From Rhodospirillaceae bacterium (GTDB taxonomy: Bacteria > Pseudomonadota > Alphaproteobacteria > Rhodospirillales > Rhodospirillaceae): DNA of 64,000 nucleotides. The stretch spans positions 2,078,318 through 2,142,317 of the forward strand of contig OZ245869.1 of NCBI GenBank assembly GCA_965229355.1, in the 5' to 3' direction. The position numbers and the translations under genes were made by a program. Under the pieces are notes generated by a model. It did no database searches. It was not told the DNA's origin and was given only the letters and a program-made list of their open reading frames with translations. Of the stretch, positions 48,934-58,009 are shown piece by piece; position 1 is the first letter of the stretch; each line of letters opens with the position of its first letter.

Positions 48934-50575
48934 TGACGCGATGCACCAAAGCTTGTGGCGGAGCCACGATAAAGGAATGAGCAATTGGCAGTGCGTAGGC
49001 CGCTGCCATGAGAATCAGAACGAGAATGTTCCACAGACGAAATCCATTGAGCGCTGCGGGAACGAGGCCGCCGTGCAGTGGAGCGGCATATCGCATCGGC
49101 TCAGCGTCGGGCTTCAGTTTGATGGTGTCGGTGTGGAAGGCGGCGATATTCCAGATAAACAGCACAGCGCTGTACACCATGATCGCGCCACCAATCAGCG
49201 ATGCAATCATCCACGGGGCCCACCACGAAATATTAGGATCACTATAATCAAACTGAGCTACACGCCGCCATTGACCGAACATCCCCAACAGGTGCCATGG
49301 CAGGCTGAGCAGCATCATGCCGATAGCCCAAGACCAAAGTTGGATTCGCTGATTTTTAACGGAGGGTGCTGCGCGGCCAGTCAGTTTGGGCCAAATTTCA
49401 TAAGCGATGGCGAAGTACATGATGACGACACTGCCGCCAAAGATCATGTGGAAGTGAGCAGTAACCCACGACGTATTATGAACCATAGCATTCATGCCAT
49501 AGCTCATGTTGATGAGACCGCCGAACCCGCCAAACCAAAGCATAAAGAATGACAGCCCGGTTGCGAGCACCATGGGTTCCTCCCAAGGCAGGGCCTTCAC
49601 CCAGCCGAGTGCACCCTTGCCGCCGCGCAACCGACCGGCAATTTCCATTGAGGCACAAACGGTGAATACGGTCAGCAATGTTGGGACGGCCACAAGAACA
49701 GTGAGAACCATCTGAACCGCCTTAAACCCGCTAGAGGGATGCGGATCCATAAAGAGGTGGTGCAGACCAACCGGGAGCCCGTAAATGAGAAAAGCAACAA
49801 AACTGATGCGGGCCATCAAGTCGCTATAAAGACGACCGCCAGCACGTTGTGGTGCCATGGTATAAAAAGCGATGTAAGCAGGCACGAGCCAGAAGTAGAC
49901 GATCGCGTGTAGCGTCCATGAAAACAGCGTGCGTGTCAGTCCCACGTCAACGGCATCGGTCCAGCCGAAGGCTGCGGGCAGCACGACAAAAAGCAGTTCA
50001 ACGGCCACGCCGACTGTTGTCCATAACCACAGGACCGCATTGGCTGTGGTAGCGAACATGGCTAACGGCACTGATTGCCCCGGGTTCTCCCGTTTCCACT
50101 GCGCCATCGCGATAAGCATCAGCGCACACCATATCCATGAGGCAACGACAACGAGAACTAAGCCTACGTAAAACCACGGGCTTGCCGTTAATGGCGGATA
50201 GAAGGTGAAAAGCACGGTCGCGCGGCCACTCAGGATCGTCGCGACAACGAGTGCAACGCCAATTAAGCCGCCGTAAAGACCCGCCCAGGCCAGCTTTGGA
50301 AAAGGCAGGTCGCGTTTCAGTGCGGTTTCTGCGACGAAGTAGCCGAAACCCATGATGAAAAAAGTCGTAAGAACATACGCCATAGCCGAGCCGTGTGCCG
50401 TGACGGAAATGAAATAGTTCTCCGACGACGACAGCGGCGCAGCCAGCGGGCTTCGGACCCACATCTGCCAAAGACCCAAAAGGATTGCGACGGCGAACGC
50501 GCCGAACGCGGTCCACAGATGGGCGAGAATAAGACGGTTAACGCTCCTCACAGGACGCTCTCCCATTTTCATCAA
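48920..50575 (-). CDS. cbaA: haem-copper oxidase subunit I, B family (ba3-like)
   Basis: WTLHAIVYFWLVPAYIAFY (His-Tyr crosslink region as in ba3 HPIVYFWLLPAY) and HFHMIFGG. Confidence 0.8.
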   Translation of the reverse strand: MMKMGERPVRSVNRLILAHLWTAFGAFAVAILLGLWQMWVRSPLAAPLSSSENYFISVTAHGSAMAYVLTTFFIMGFGYFVAETALKRDLPFPKLAWAGLYGGLIGVALVVATILSGRATVLFTFYPPLTASPWFYVGLVLVVVASWIWCALMLIAMAQWKRENPGQSVPLAMFATTANAVLWLWTTVGVAVELLFVVLPAAFGWTDAVDVGLTRTLFSWTLHAIVYFWLVPAYIAFYTMAPQRAGGRLYSDLMARISFVAFLIYGLPVGLHHLFMDPHPSSGFKAVQMVLTVLVAVPTLLTVFTVCASMEIAGRLRGGKGALGWVKALPWEEPMVLATGLSFFMLWFGGFGGLINMSYGMNAMVHNTSWVTAHFHMIFGGSVVIMYFAIAYEIWPKLTGRAAPSVKNQRIQLWSWAIGMMLLSLPWHLLGMFGQWRRVAQFDYSDPNISWWAPWMIASLIGGAIMVYSAVLFIWNIAAFHTDTIKLKPDAEPMRYAAPLHGGLVPAALNGFRLWNILVLILMAAAYALPIAHSFIVAPPQALVHRVNGQE

Positions 50576-51080
50576 GTTTGAAATCGCTCATGGGCACAAC
50601 GCGCACTTTCGCGAGCATTTGGCTGTGGCCAATTCCACAGAATTCGTGGCATGGCATCAGCATTTCGCCAGCTTCGGCAAAGCGCGTGCGGACACGGCTG
50701 ATATAGCCGGGGATGACCATGGAATTGACGTTAGTGCCGACAATCATAAGGCCGTGCACAACGTCGGGGCTGACCACACGGAAGGTGACAGGGGTATCCT
50801 GTGGCACAACCACACAAGCTGGTGAGAACGCAAACTGTGTGGTGACGATGCGGACTGTTAAGCCACCCTTCGGGTCAAGGCGTGTGCCGAGATTTTCTTC
50901 GACGAACTCGCCGCTGACGTGAATGGTTGCTGGATCAATTGTTTCAACATTCGACGGTGGGGTAAGGTGCAGCCCCAAGGCGGCATAAATAATCGCCACA
51001 AGAAGCACGACCGTAACACCAACCATGGCGACGGCCCATTTACGCTCGCTGCGTTCAACTGAGATCGCGTCAACACCCAT
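50538..51080 (-). CDS. cbaB: oxidase subunit II with CuA centre (single TM, ba3-like)
   Basis: 180 aa. CuA motif CHEFCGIGHSQM. Confidence 0.8.
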   Translation of the reverse strand: MGVDAISVERSERKWAVAMVGVTVVLLVAIIYAALGLHLTPPSNVETIDPATIHVSGEFVEENLGTRLDPKGGLTVRIVTTQFAFSPACVVVPQDTPVTFRVVSPDVVHGLMIVGTNVNSMVIPGYISRVRTRFAEAGEMLMPCHEFCGIGHSQMLAKVRVVPMSDFKLDENGRASCEER

Positions 51081-51081
51081 A

Positions 51082-51264
51082 TCAACCTACCTGTCCGCGT
51101 TGCAGGAAGATCAGGAAGTAGACGAGAAGCCACGCGATCAGCAGTAAACCAACTGCGGTACCGGCTAGCGCAAATGCGCCTTGCGGAACCGCATCAAGCT
51201 GGTCCGAGGCAGCAATGATCTCTGCGTCACTATTTTTCTGGTGACTTTGCGTGTCATTCATCAA
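51082..51264 (-). CDS. oxidase small subunit IIa-like
   Basis: The C-terminal TM segment QGAFALAGTAVGLLLIAWLLVYFLIFLQRG resembles Thermus CbaD. It ends 1 nt before the subunit II start codon. Confidence 0.55.
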   Translation of the reverse strand: MMNDTQSHQKNSDAEIIAASDQLDAVPQGAFALAGTAVGLLLIAWLLVYFLIFLQRGQVG

Positions 51265-51318
51265 TTCAACCCTTTATCCTGTTGCCGCCGAGAGTGGCTG
51301 AGGATAGCGGCGTTAACA

Positions 51319-51332
51319 TTGATCGAGATCAA
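51319..51332. promoter_or_regulatory. FixK/FNR box TTGATCGAGATCAA (oxidase operon side)
   Basis: Perfect consensus, starting 54 bp upstream of the 51264 start codon. Confidence 0.7.
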
Positions 51333-51361
51333 CCTTCCGCGGGCCTATAGGTTAGGTGCTG

Positions 51362-51375
51362 TTGACATAGATCAA
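51362..51375. promoter_or_regulatory. FixK/FNR box TTGACATAGATCAA (51422 gene side)
   Basis: Near-consensus, ending 46 bp upstream of GTG 51422. Confidence 0.65.
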
Positions 51376-51421
51376 CGCACCGCGCGCGGGTTGTCGGTTG
51401 AATAGCTCACTTTAAACGGGA

Positions 51422-52975
51422 GTGGATGTGACAGGTTATAGTTCAGCGACGGCGTCGCAGATTGCGACCCCAACTCTTATTCTTCGCCGCGTGGGGCTTC
51501 AAACTTACAGCGAGTATGTTGCGTTTTTGAGCTCTGCGTGTTTGGCGTACAAGCCCGAGTCATTTGCGAATATCAACAAGATTGAAATCACCGGATCGAC
51601 AGGCCGCACTGTCGTCGCGACATTGAATATTGTCGAAAATGGCGACCTCTTAGATCCTCTAAGCTTGGGCCTTTCCTCAAATGCGTTTAAAGCGTTGGGC
51701 GAACCAGAAGGAAGTAAAGTCGCAATTCAGCTGTCCCGTCCGCCGCTCAGTATGGATTTCGTACGTCGGAAGATTCGCGGCGAGGTGCTGCGGCCTTCAG
51801 AGATTAAAGAAATCATTGCCGATATCGCCGCGCACAGATACTCGAAGGCTGAAATCACAGCATTTTTGGTGGCTAGCGCTGCTTTCCTCACCAGCGAAGA
51901 GGTGTTGTCGCTGACCAAAGCAATGGCGGACGCAGGTACACGCATCTCATGGAACAAGCCGCCATGCGATTTCTCAGTCGTCATGGATAAACACTGTGTT
52001 GGCGGCATTCCAGGGAATCGCACGTCTATGATTGTTGTGCCCATCATTGCGGCGTGTGGGCTACCAATACCAAAAACATCGTCACGTGCCATCACTTCGC
52101 CAGCGGGTACAGCAGATACGATGGAGGTTTTGGCGAATGTCGATGTCGACTTGCATCGAATGCAAGAAATCGTGAATGCGCACAAGGGATGCTTGGTGTG
52201 GGGTGGCCACGTCAATCTATCGCCCGCGGATGATGTTCTGATTTCGGTTGAAAGGCCATTGGGTATCGATACGCCCGAGCAGATGGTTGCCTCCATCCTT
52301 TCAAAAAAAGCCGCAGCTGGGTCGACACATCTTTTAATCGACATCCCGGTTGGGCCGACGGCAAAAGTCCGCACGACCCGCGAGGCAGCCCGCTTAAGCA
52401 AACTTTTTCAATTTGTTGGGCGCGCCATGGGTATAGAACTCGACGTCCTGCTTACCGACGGAACTCAGCCCATTGGCAACGGCATCGGACCATTTTTAGA
52501 GGCTCGCGATGTCATGGCTGTGCTGAAAAACGAGGTGGGGGCACCGAAAGATTTGCGTGATAGAGCGCTTCAATTGGCTGGCGCTATCCTTGAGTTGCAC
52601 CCCTCGGTGAGAGGCGGAAAGGGGATGGTGCTCGCGCTGAAAATGCTTGAAAGCGGAGAAGCGCTGAGCTCGATGATGAGGATTATGAGTGCGCAGGGGC
52701 TTCCCCCGCATGAGGTTGCGCTGGGGGTGCATACTAAAGAGGTCTGTGCGGCCCGCAGCGGAAAGATCGCCGCGATTGACTGTGAGCGCATTGGACGCAT
52801 CGCGCGGCTCGCGGGGGCGCCTGTGTCTAAGGGGGCTGGTCTCTATCTTCTCAAAAAACTGGGGGATAGCGTTCAGCAGGGAGAGCCGCTTTATCGAATT
52901 CACGCTTCTGTAGACACCGATTTCATGTTCGCAACGGAGATGGCTCGTGACGTGTGTGGCTATGAAATACGGTAA
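51422..52975 (+). CDS. thymidine-phosphorylase-family protein (long AMP-phosphorylase-like form)
   Basis: DKHCVGGIPGNRTSMIVVPI...SSRAITSPAGTADTME matches the TP/AMP-phosphorylase core. The start is GTG 51422 or 51428. Confidence 0.75.
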   Translation: MDVTGYSSATASQIATPTLILRRVGLQTYSEYVAFLSSACLAYKPESFANINKIEITGSTGRTVVATLNIVENGDLLDPLSLGLSSNAFKALGEPEGSKVAIQLSRPPLSMDFVRRKIRGEVLRPSEIKEIIADIAAHRYSKAEITAFLVASAAFLTSEEVLSLTKAMADAGTRISWNKPPCDFSVVMDKHCVGGIPGNRTSMIVVPIIAACGLPIPKTSSRAITSPAGTADTMEVLANVDVDLHRMQEIVNAHKGCLVWGGHVNLSPADDVLISVERPLGIDTPEQMVASILSKKAAAGSTHLLIDIPVGPTAKVRTTREAARLSKLFQFVGRAMGIELDVLLTDGTQPIGNGIGPFLEARDVMAVLKNEVGAPKDLRDRALQLAGAILELHPSVRGGKGMVLALKMLESGEALSSMMRIMSAQGLPPHEVALGVHTKEVCAARSGKIAAIDCERIGRIARLAGAPVSKGAGLYLLKKLGDSVQQGEPLYRIHASVDTDFMFATEMARDVCGYEIR

Positions 52976-53891
52976 TCGCGATGACATAGCGGTGCCCGAC
53001 GTCGTCTACGCCTTCCCCGACGGCGAACAGCAGGCCCAAGCTTTCGCGCAACGCTGTCGTGCTCAAATCGGCACCTGTCAAATCCATCACTTCCCAGACA
53101 GGGAAACGCTTGTCACAGTTGCACCCTCGACGTCTCTGGCAGGTCGCACTGTCGCGATCTATCGTTCGTTACATGAACCAAACGCCAAATTTATAGAACT
53201 TCTACTGGCGGCGGATGCGCTGCGGGCTCTTGGTGCTGCGAAGCTTATTCTGATCGCGCCATACTTGCCGTATATGCGTCAGGACCGCGCATTCAAGCCA
53301 GGACAATCCGTCAGCCAAAAGACGATTGGCAGGCTCTTGGCCAATGCTTTTGATGCACTGATCACTGTCCAGCCACACCTTCATCGCACAAAATCACTCT
53401 CGGCGATTTTTGACGATAAGCCCGCGCGCGACTTAAGTGCTGGGCGTATCATTGGTGCTCATCTTCAGGCAAATTCCGCATCCCCTAGCATTATTGTTGG
53501 CCCTGATGAGGAGTCGGAAGACCTTATTCGCGGCGTCACCAATGTCGTAGGGTTCGGCTGGTTTGTCGCGCGCAAGGTGCGTCATGGAGATGACCACGTT
53601 GACATAGAGCTTCCCGCAGATCTGAACATTGATCATCGACCAATTGTCATCGTGGATGACATTATAAGTTCCGGTGGAACGATCGCGACCCTGGCTCGGG
53701 CCCTTAAGGTGGCGGGTGCTGGTGATATCACAGTCTATGTTGTTCACGCGCTGTTCGATGAAAAAGCGGCTGCGTTAATGTCAGGCGCGGGTGTTTCAAG
53801 GGTCATCTCATTAAATACGGTGCCCCATGTCACGAACGTGATTGATGTTGTCGATCTGATCTGCGCTGATTTAGGTTGGGCGAGTGCATAG
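52962..53891 (+). CDS. ribose-phosphate pyrophosphokinase-family protein
   Basis: PRPP-binding loop VIVDDIISSGGTIATL. ATG 52962 overlaps the upstream stop. Confidence 0.7.
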   Translation: MKYGNRDDIAVPDVVYAFPDGEQQAQAFAQRCRAQIGTCQIHHFPDRETLVTVAPSTSLAGRTVAIYRSLHEPNAKFIELLLAADALRALGAAKLILIAPYLPYMRQDRAFKPGQSVSQKTIGRLLANAFDALITVQPHLHRTKSLSAIFDDKPARDLSAGRIIGAHLQANSASPSIIVGPDEESEDLIRGVTNVVGFGWFVARKVRHGDDHVDIELPADLNIDHRPIVIVDDIISSGGTIATLARALKVAGAGDITVYVVHALFDEKAAALMSGAGVSRVISLNTVPHVTNVIDVVDLICADLGWASA

Positions 53892-53962
53892 TAAACACAT
53901 GCAGAATTGTGGCGTGCCCACGATGACTCTTGAATAAAATGACCCTTGAATAATAAGTGTGG

Positions 53963-55414
53963 TTAAGGGGCTTCGACCTTGGGGCGGTTCCACCAGCCCC
54001 CGCCCAACGCCTGATAAAGCGCCACCACATCGGAAAACCGAGCAGCCTGGGCTTTGGCGAGGTTCATGCGTGCTTGTAGATGCGCGCGCTCTGTCTCCAT
54101 CAGTGCAAGCCGCGAGGTTTCACCCGCACCGTACTGTTTTTCCATCAGCGTGAGTTGTTGGCTGGCCGCCTGTTCCGCCGTCGCTGCGGCATGCAAAGCT
54201 TTTGCATCCCAGTCGATAGCCAGCAGCGCGTTAGAAACGTCGTGGAAAGCTCCAATCACAGTTTCTTTATAGGTGGCTTCGGCTTGGTCGCGTTCAGCCT
54301 TGGCAATTTTGCGTTGATGGCGCATCGCAAAAACGCCAGTGATCGGAATGTTGGCGGTCGACTGCACAACCCATGCTGTGTCGTTGACACCGGGAATGGA
54401 CGTGGTTGCGGCACCATACGCACCACCTAACGTGATTTGCGGAAACATGCGGGCTTCCACAATGCCAATCGCCGCATTGGCCGCGTGCAAATACGCTTCA
54501 GCCGCGCGCACATCGGGGCGCTGTTGCACCAGTTGCGATGGTAAGCTGACCGGCAAATCCGCTGGCAACGTCAGTGCGTCTAATGAAAAAGTTTCCGGCA
54601 ATAACTTGTCTGGGAACTGTCCTGTCAATTTCGTCAGCGCATTGCGATGTTGTTCCAGCGCCTTTTCAAGCGTGATCAAATCGGTCTGGTTTTTAGCAAA
54701 TTGGGTTTCTAGCGCCAGCACAGACGATCGCGCTGTGTTGCCTTGCGCGACTTCTTGTTTCAGCAATTGAATATGCGTGGCGTCGGCAGCAACAACATCA
54801 CGTAAAGCAGACACCTGCGCACGTAGCGAGGCTTCCTCAATCGCTGCAACGGCGACGTTAGAGGCAAGCGTTAAGTATGTTGCTTCAAGCCGGAATCGCG
54901 CGGCCTCGGCTTTGGCTTCTGTCGACTCAATGATACGACGCCGTTCGCCAAACAGGTCGACTTGGTAGGTGATCAGCAGTGCGGCTGTGGCCAGACTGAA
55001 GGGTGTTAACACAGTTGGCGCACCCGTGGTGCTGATCGAAAGCTTCTCACGTGCGGCCAACGCTGATGCCGACAGATCAGGATAGGCCAGCACCTTTTGC
55101 AATGTGACGTTGGCGGTGTTTGCGTCTAATGCGACTTGCGCACTCTGCACACTGGGGCTGTTTTTAAGAGCCTGCTCAATCACACTATTTAAGGCGGCGG
55201 ATTGGAATAGCGTCCACCATTGGGCAGGGATATCCATTTTCGTCACAAAGCGCTGCTCGCTGCCATGCGTACCGGCTGTTGCGGTGGTTTCACCGGGCAG
55301 CGTGCGTGCCGTATAGCCAGTGACTTTCGGGGTGGCTGGCGGAACCCAATCTGGGCCAGCGGTGCAACTTGTCAGCGCATAACCCAAAATGATGCTCTGT
55401 AATGTGCGCGACAT
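53963..55414 (-). CDS. NodT-family outer-membrane efflux lipoprotein
   Basis: Lipobox GYALTSC and an OEP two-repeat architecture. The start is probably MSRTLQS at 55414. Confidence 0.8.
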   Translation of the reverse strand: MSRTLQSIILGYALTSCTAGPDWVPPATPKVTGYTARTLPGETTATAGTHGSEQRFVTKMDIPAQWWTLFQSAALNSVIEQALKNSPSVQSAQVALDANTANVTLQKVLAYPDLSASALAAREKLSISTTGAPTVLTPFSLATAALLITYQVDLFGERRRIIESTEAKAEAARFRLEATYLTLASNVAVAAIEEASLRAQVSALRDVVAADATHIQLLKQEVAQGNTARSSVLALETQFAKNQTDLITLEKALEQHRNALTKLTGQFPDKLLPETFSLDALTLPADLPVSLPSQLVQQRPDVRAAEAYLHAANAAIGIVEARMFPQITLGGAYGAATTSIPGVNDTAWVVQSTANIPITGVFAMRHQRKIAKAERDQAEATYKETVIGAFHDVSNALLAIDWDAKALHAAATAEQAASQQLTLMEKQYGAGETSRLALMETERAHLQARMNLAKAQAARFSDVVALYQALGGGWWNRPKVEAP

Positions 55415-55556
55415 GCGCACGCGGCCTTTTGGCGGGCCTGTCACAACATTTCTCACCGCAACGCACCTCTATCAACTTGGCTGTTATGAGTGGTACCAGA
55501 GCGTGAGCGGTTAGGATATAGACGGTAAATCGTAAGTAAAAGGTACCGGGGCTGGC

Positions 55557-56330
55557 ATGGGGCGCATTATTTCCACACACTCGTACCGTGGTGGGACGGG
55601 CAAATCCAACATCACGGCGAATCTTGCAGTTATGCAGGCGGCTGCCGGAAAGCGCGTGGCGATAATCGATACGGATTTGCCGTCCCCTGGCGTGCACATG
55701 CTGTTTGGCTTGGACGAACAGCCCGTGAAGCACACGCTCAACGACTATTTGTGGAATACATGTTCCATTGCTGATGCGGTGTCGGACGTGTCGCACGTCA
55801 TGACGTCTGAACAACAAGCTGCTGGCGGCAAAATATTTTTGGTCCCGGCCAGTATGCGTGCGCAGGATTTAACCCGCATTGTGCGTGAAGGCTACGATGC
55901 CAACGTGCTGAATGATGGCTTGTTTGAGCTGCTCGATAATCTTGAGCTTGATTATTTGTTTATCGATACACACCCCGGCTGCAATGAAGAGACATTGCTG
56001 GCTGTTGCTGTGTCAGACCTTTTGATTGTTCTTCTGCGCCCAGACCGGCAGGACTTTCAAGGTACGGCCGTAGTGGTTGATGTCGCGCGCAAGCTTGATG
56101 TGTCAAATATGCGCATCGTCATCAACAAGGTGCCGCCGCTGGTGGATGCGGCCGCATTAAAGCAAAAAGTAACCGCAGCCTATGACGTGCCGGTGGCTGG
56201 GCTTTTACCGCTGACGACGGATATGGCGGAATTGGGCAGTGCAGGTATTTTTTCATCGCTTCAGCCCGATCACGTGCTGACGGCAGAATTCCAGCGCATC
56301 AATGCGGCTGTGACAGATGCGACGCGTTAA
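55557..56330 (+). CDS. MinD/ParA-family P-loop ATPase
   Basis: Deviant Walker A SYRGGTGKSN and Walker B-like YLFIDTHPG. Confidence 0.7.
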   Translation: MGRIISTHSYRGGTGKSNITANLAVMQAAAGKRVAIIDTDLPSPGVHMLFGLDEQPVKHTLNDYLWNTCSIADAVSDVSHVMTSEQQAAGGKIFLVPASMRAQDLTRIVREGYDANVLNDGLFELLDNLELDYLFIDTHPGCNEETLLAVAVSDLLIVLLRPDRQDFQGTAVVVDVARKLDVSNMRIVINKVPPLVDAAALKQKVTAAYDVPVAGLLPLTTDMAELGSAGIFSSLQPDHVLTAEFQRINAAVTDATR

Positions 56331-57044
56331 TTAACGATTGGTGCGACGCGCGCGTAGGGCGGCGGCACGTTCCGTGAGTGCTTTGAACTCGGGCGTTTCG
56401 GTAATCGCGGCCACTTGATGCTTTTTGCGCTCAACGTCGATCTCGACTTTAAGCTCGCGCACTTCGTCTTGTAGTTTGGCTTCCCGTTCGCGAACGGTTT
56501 TCATCATATCTCCAAAAGCACGCGCAAAGGCACCTACTTCATCGTCACGTGCGGCCATGGTTTCGGGTACTTCGATCCGGAACGAGTCATTGCGCAATGC
56601 TTGTGCCATGGTTTTGAAATACGTAATGGCTTCGACGTTCTGCTCAAGCCGCGACGCCATCAGGCGCATAATCGTTAAGCCAAAACTCGGAGAACGTGCG
56701 GCCAAATCCTCCATGGCGGTGCGGGTCAGCACCAGAACGTGGCAGTCACTCGCCGCAACTACCGTCGCGGTACGAGGAGAATCGCATAACAGCCCAATCT
56801 CACCCACCAAAGCGCCCGCCGTCAGGGTTGCGACTGTAATGGGCCCCAGTTCCAGGGTCACAATAACGTCAGCCGCACCTGATAGGATGATGAGGGCGTG
56901 TTGCTCGATAGCCCCTTGCTGCATGAGCACGCCCGTTTTGGGGTGTGTCGTATGCTTACAAACCCCTGCAATAGACCGTAGGTCGTGTTCAGACAGGTGC
57001 GCAAAGGCAGCGACGTTGCGCAAGATCTCAAGTTCGGATGTCAC
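56331..57044 (-). CDS. cyclic-nucleotide-binding domain protein with a C-terminal coiled coil
   Basis: The cNMP-binding barrel contains GALVGEIGLLCDSPRTATVVA. A HAMP-like segment DEVGAFARAFGDMM follows. Confidence 0.65.
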   Translation of the reverse strand: MTSELEILRNVAAFAHLSEHDLRSIAGVCKHTTHPKTGVLMQQGAIEQHALIILSGAADVIVTLELGPITVATLTAGALVGEIGLLCDSPRTATVVAASDCHVLVLTRTAMEDLAARSPSFGLTIMRLMASRLEQNVEAITYFKTMAQALRNDSFRIEVPETMAARDDEVGAFARAFGDMMKTVREREAKLQDEVRELKVEIDVERKKHQVAAITETPEFKALTERAAALRARRTNR

Positions 57045-57170
57045 AAGAAGATCCCACCCATAGGAACTTGCGGCAAATGTTGGTTTCGCCGTAGTTTACG
57101 GTTTCGGCCATGCAAGGGAAGCAAGATTGTCTGGTTTGGCTGACTTACGGGTGTTTTTCGCTTCATTTCA

Positions 57171-57980
57171 ATGACCGCTCCAACAGAACAACCGGCACTC
57201 ATCCGGCTTACCGATATTCGCAAACATTACGGCGAAGGCGAAGCGCGCGTTGATGCCTTGAAGGGCATTAACCTGCAAGTCAGTGCTGGTGAAGTCGCTG
57301 TGCTGGCGGGCAAAAGTGGCTCGGGCAAAAGCTCGCTTCTCAACATTATTGGCTGCATCCTGCCGCCCAGCAGTGGGCGCATGGAATTGGACGGCGCGGT
57401 GATCACCGACGACGGCTTTAGTGCAACCGATCAGCGCGCCCTGCGTTTGCATAAAATCGGCTTCATTTTTCAGTTCCATAATCTGATCCCGTTCCTGAAC
57501 TGTGTGCAGAACATAGAACTGGTCATGACGCTGGCGGGACAAAGTAAAACCGCAGCGAAAGCGCGGGCCATGGAGCTTTTAAGTTATCTCGATGTTGCCC
57601 ACCGCGCGGAGAAGATGCCCTATCAGCTCAGTGGTGGTGAAGCGCAGCGTGTGGCCATTGCGCGTGCGCTGGCCAATCGCCCGCGCATTATCTTGGCTGA
57701 TGAGCCCACGGCGTCGCTTGATTCAAACCGCACCATTGCGGTGGTTGATCTGTTACGCCGGGTTGCGCGCGAGCAAGGGGCCGCAGTGCTGATCGTGACG
57801 CATGACGAGCTTGTGATGAACCGGTGTGACCGCATTTATAACATGAGTGGTGGCGTCATCGAGGGCGGCACGGCGGACGATATGTATTTCGCGAAGTTCA
57901 AGCAGATGCGAAATCGCCGACCGACAAAAATTGAATCGAAAAATGAACAGAGTGAGCCGAGCGGACTTCCGCCGAGCTAA
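57171..57980 (+). CDS. ABC transporter ATP-binding protein (DevA/MacB/LolD type)
   Basis: Walker A GKSGSGKSS, signature LSGGEAQRV, Walker B IILADEPT. Confidence 0.85.
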   Translation: MTAPTEQPALIRLTDIRKHYGEGEARVDALKGINLQVSAGEVAVLAGKSGSGKSSLLNIIGCILPPSSGRMELDGAVITDDGFSATDQRALRLHKIGFIFQFHNLIPFLNCVQNIELVMTLAGQSKTAAKARAMELLSYLDVAHRAEKMPYQLSGGEAQRVAIARALANRPRIILADEPTASLDSNRTIAVVDLLRRVAREQGAAVLIVTHDELVMNRCDRIYNMSGGVIEGGTADDMYFAKFKQMRNRRPTKIESKNEQSEPSGLPPS

Positions 57981-58009
57981 GTTACAGCAGTCTTGGGGCT
58001 GCACGGGGT

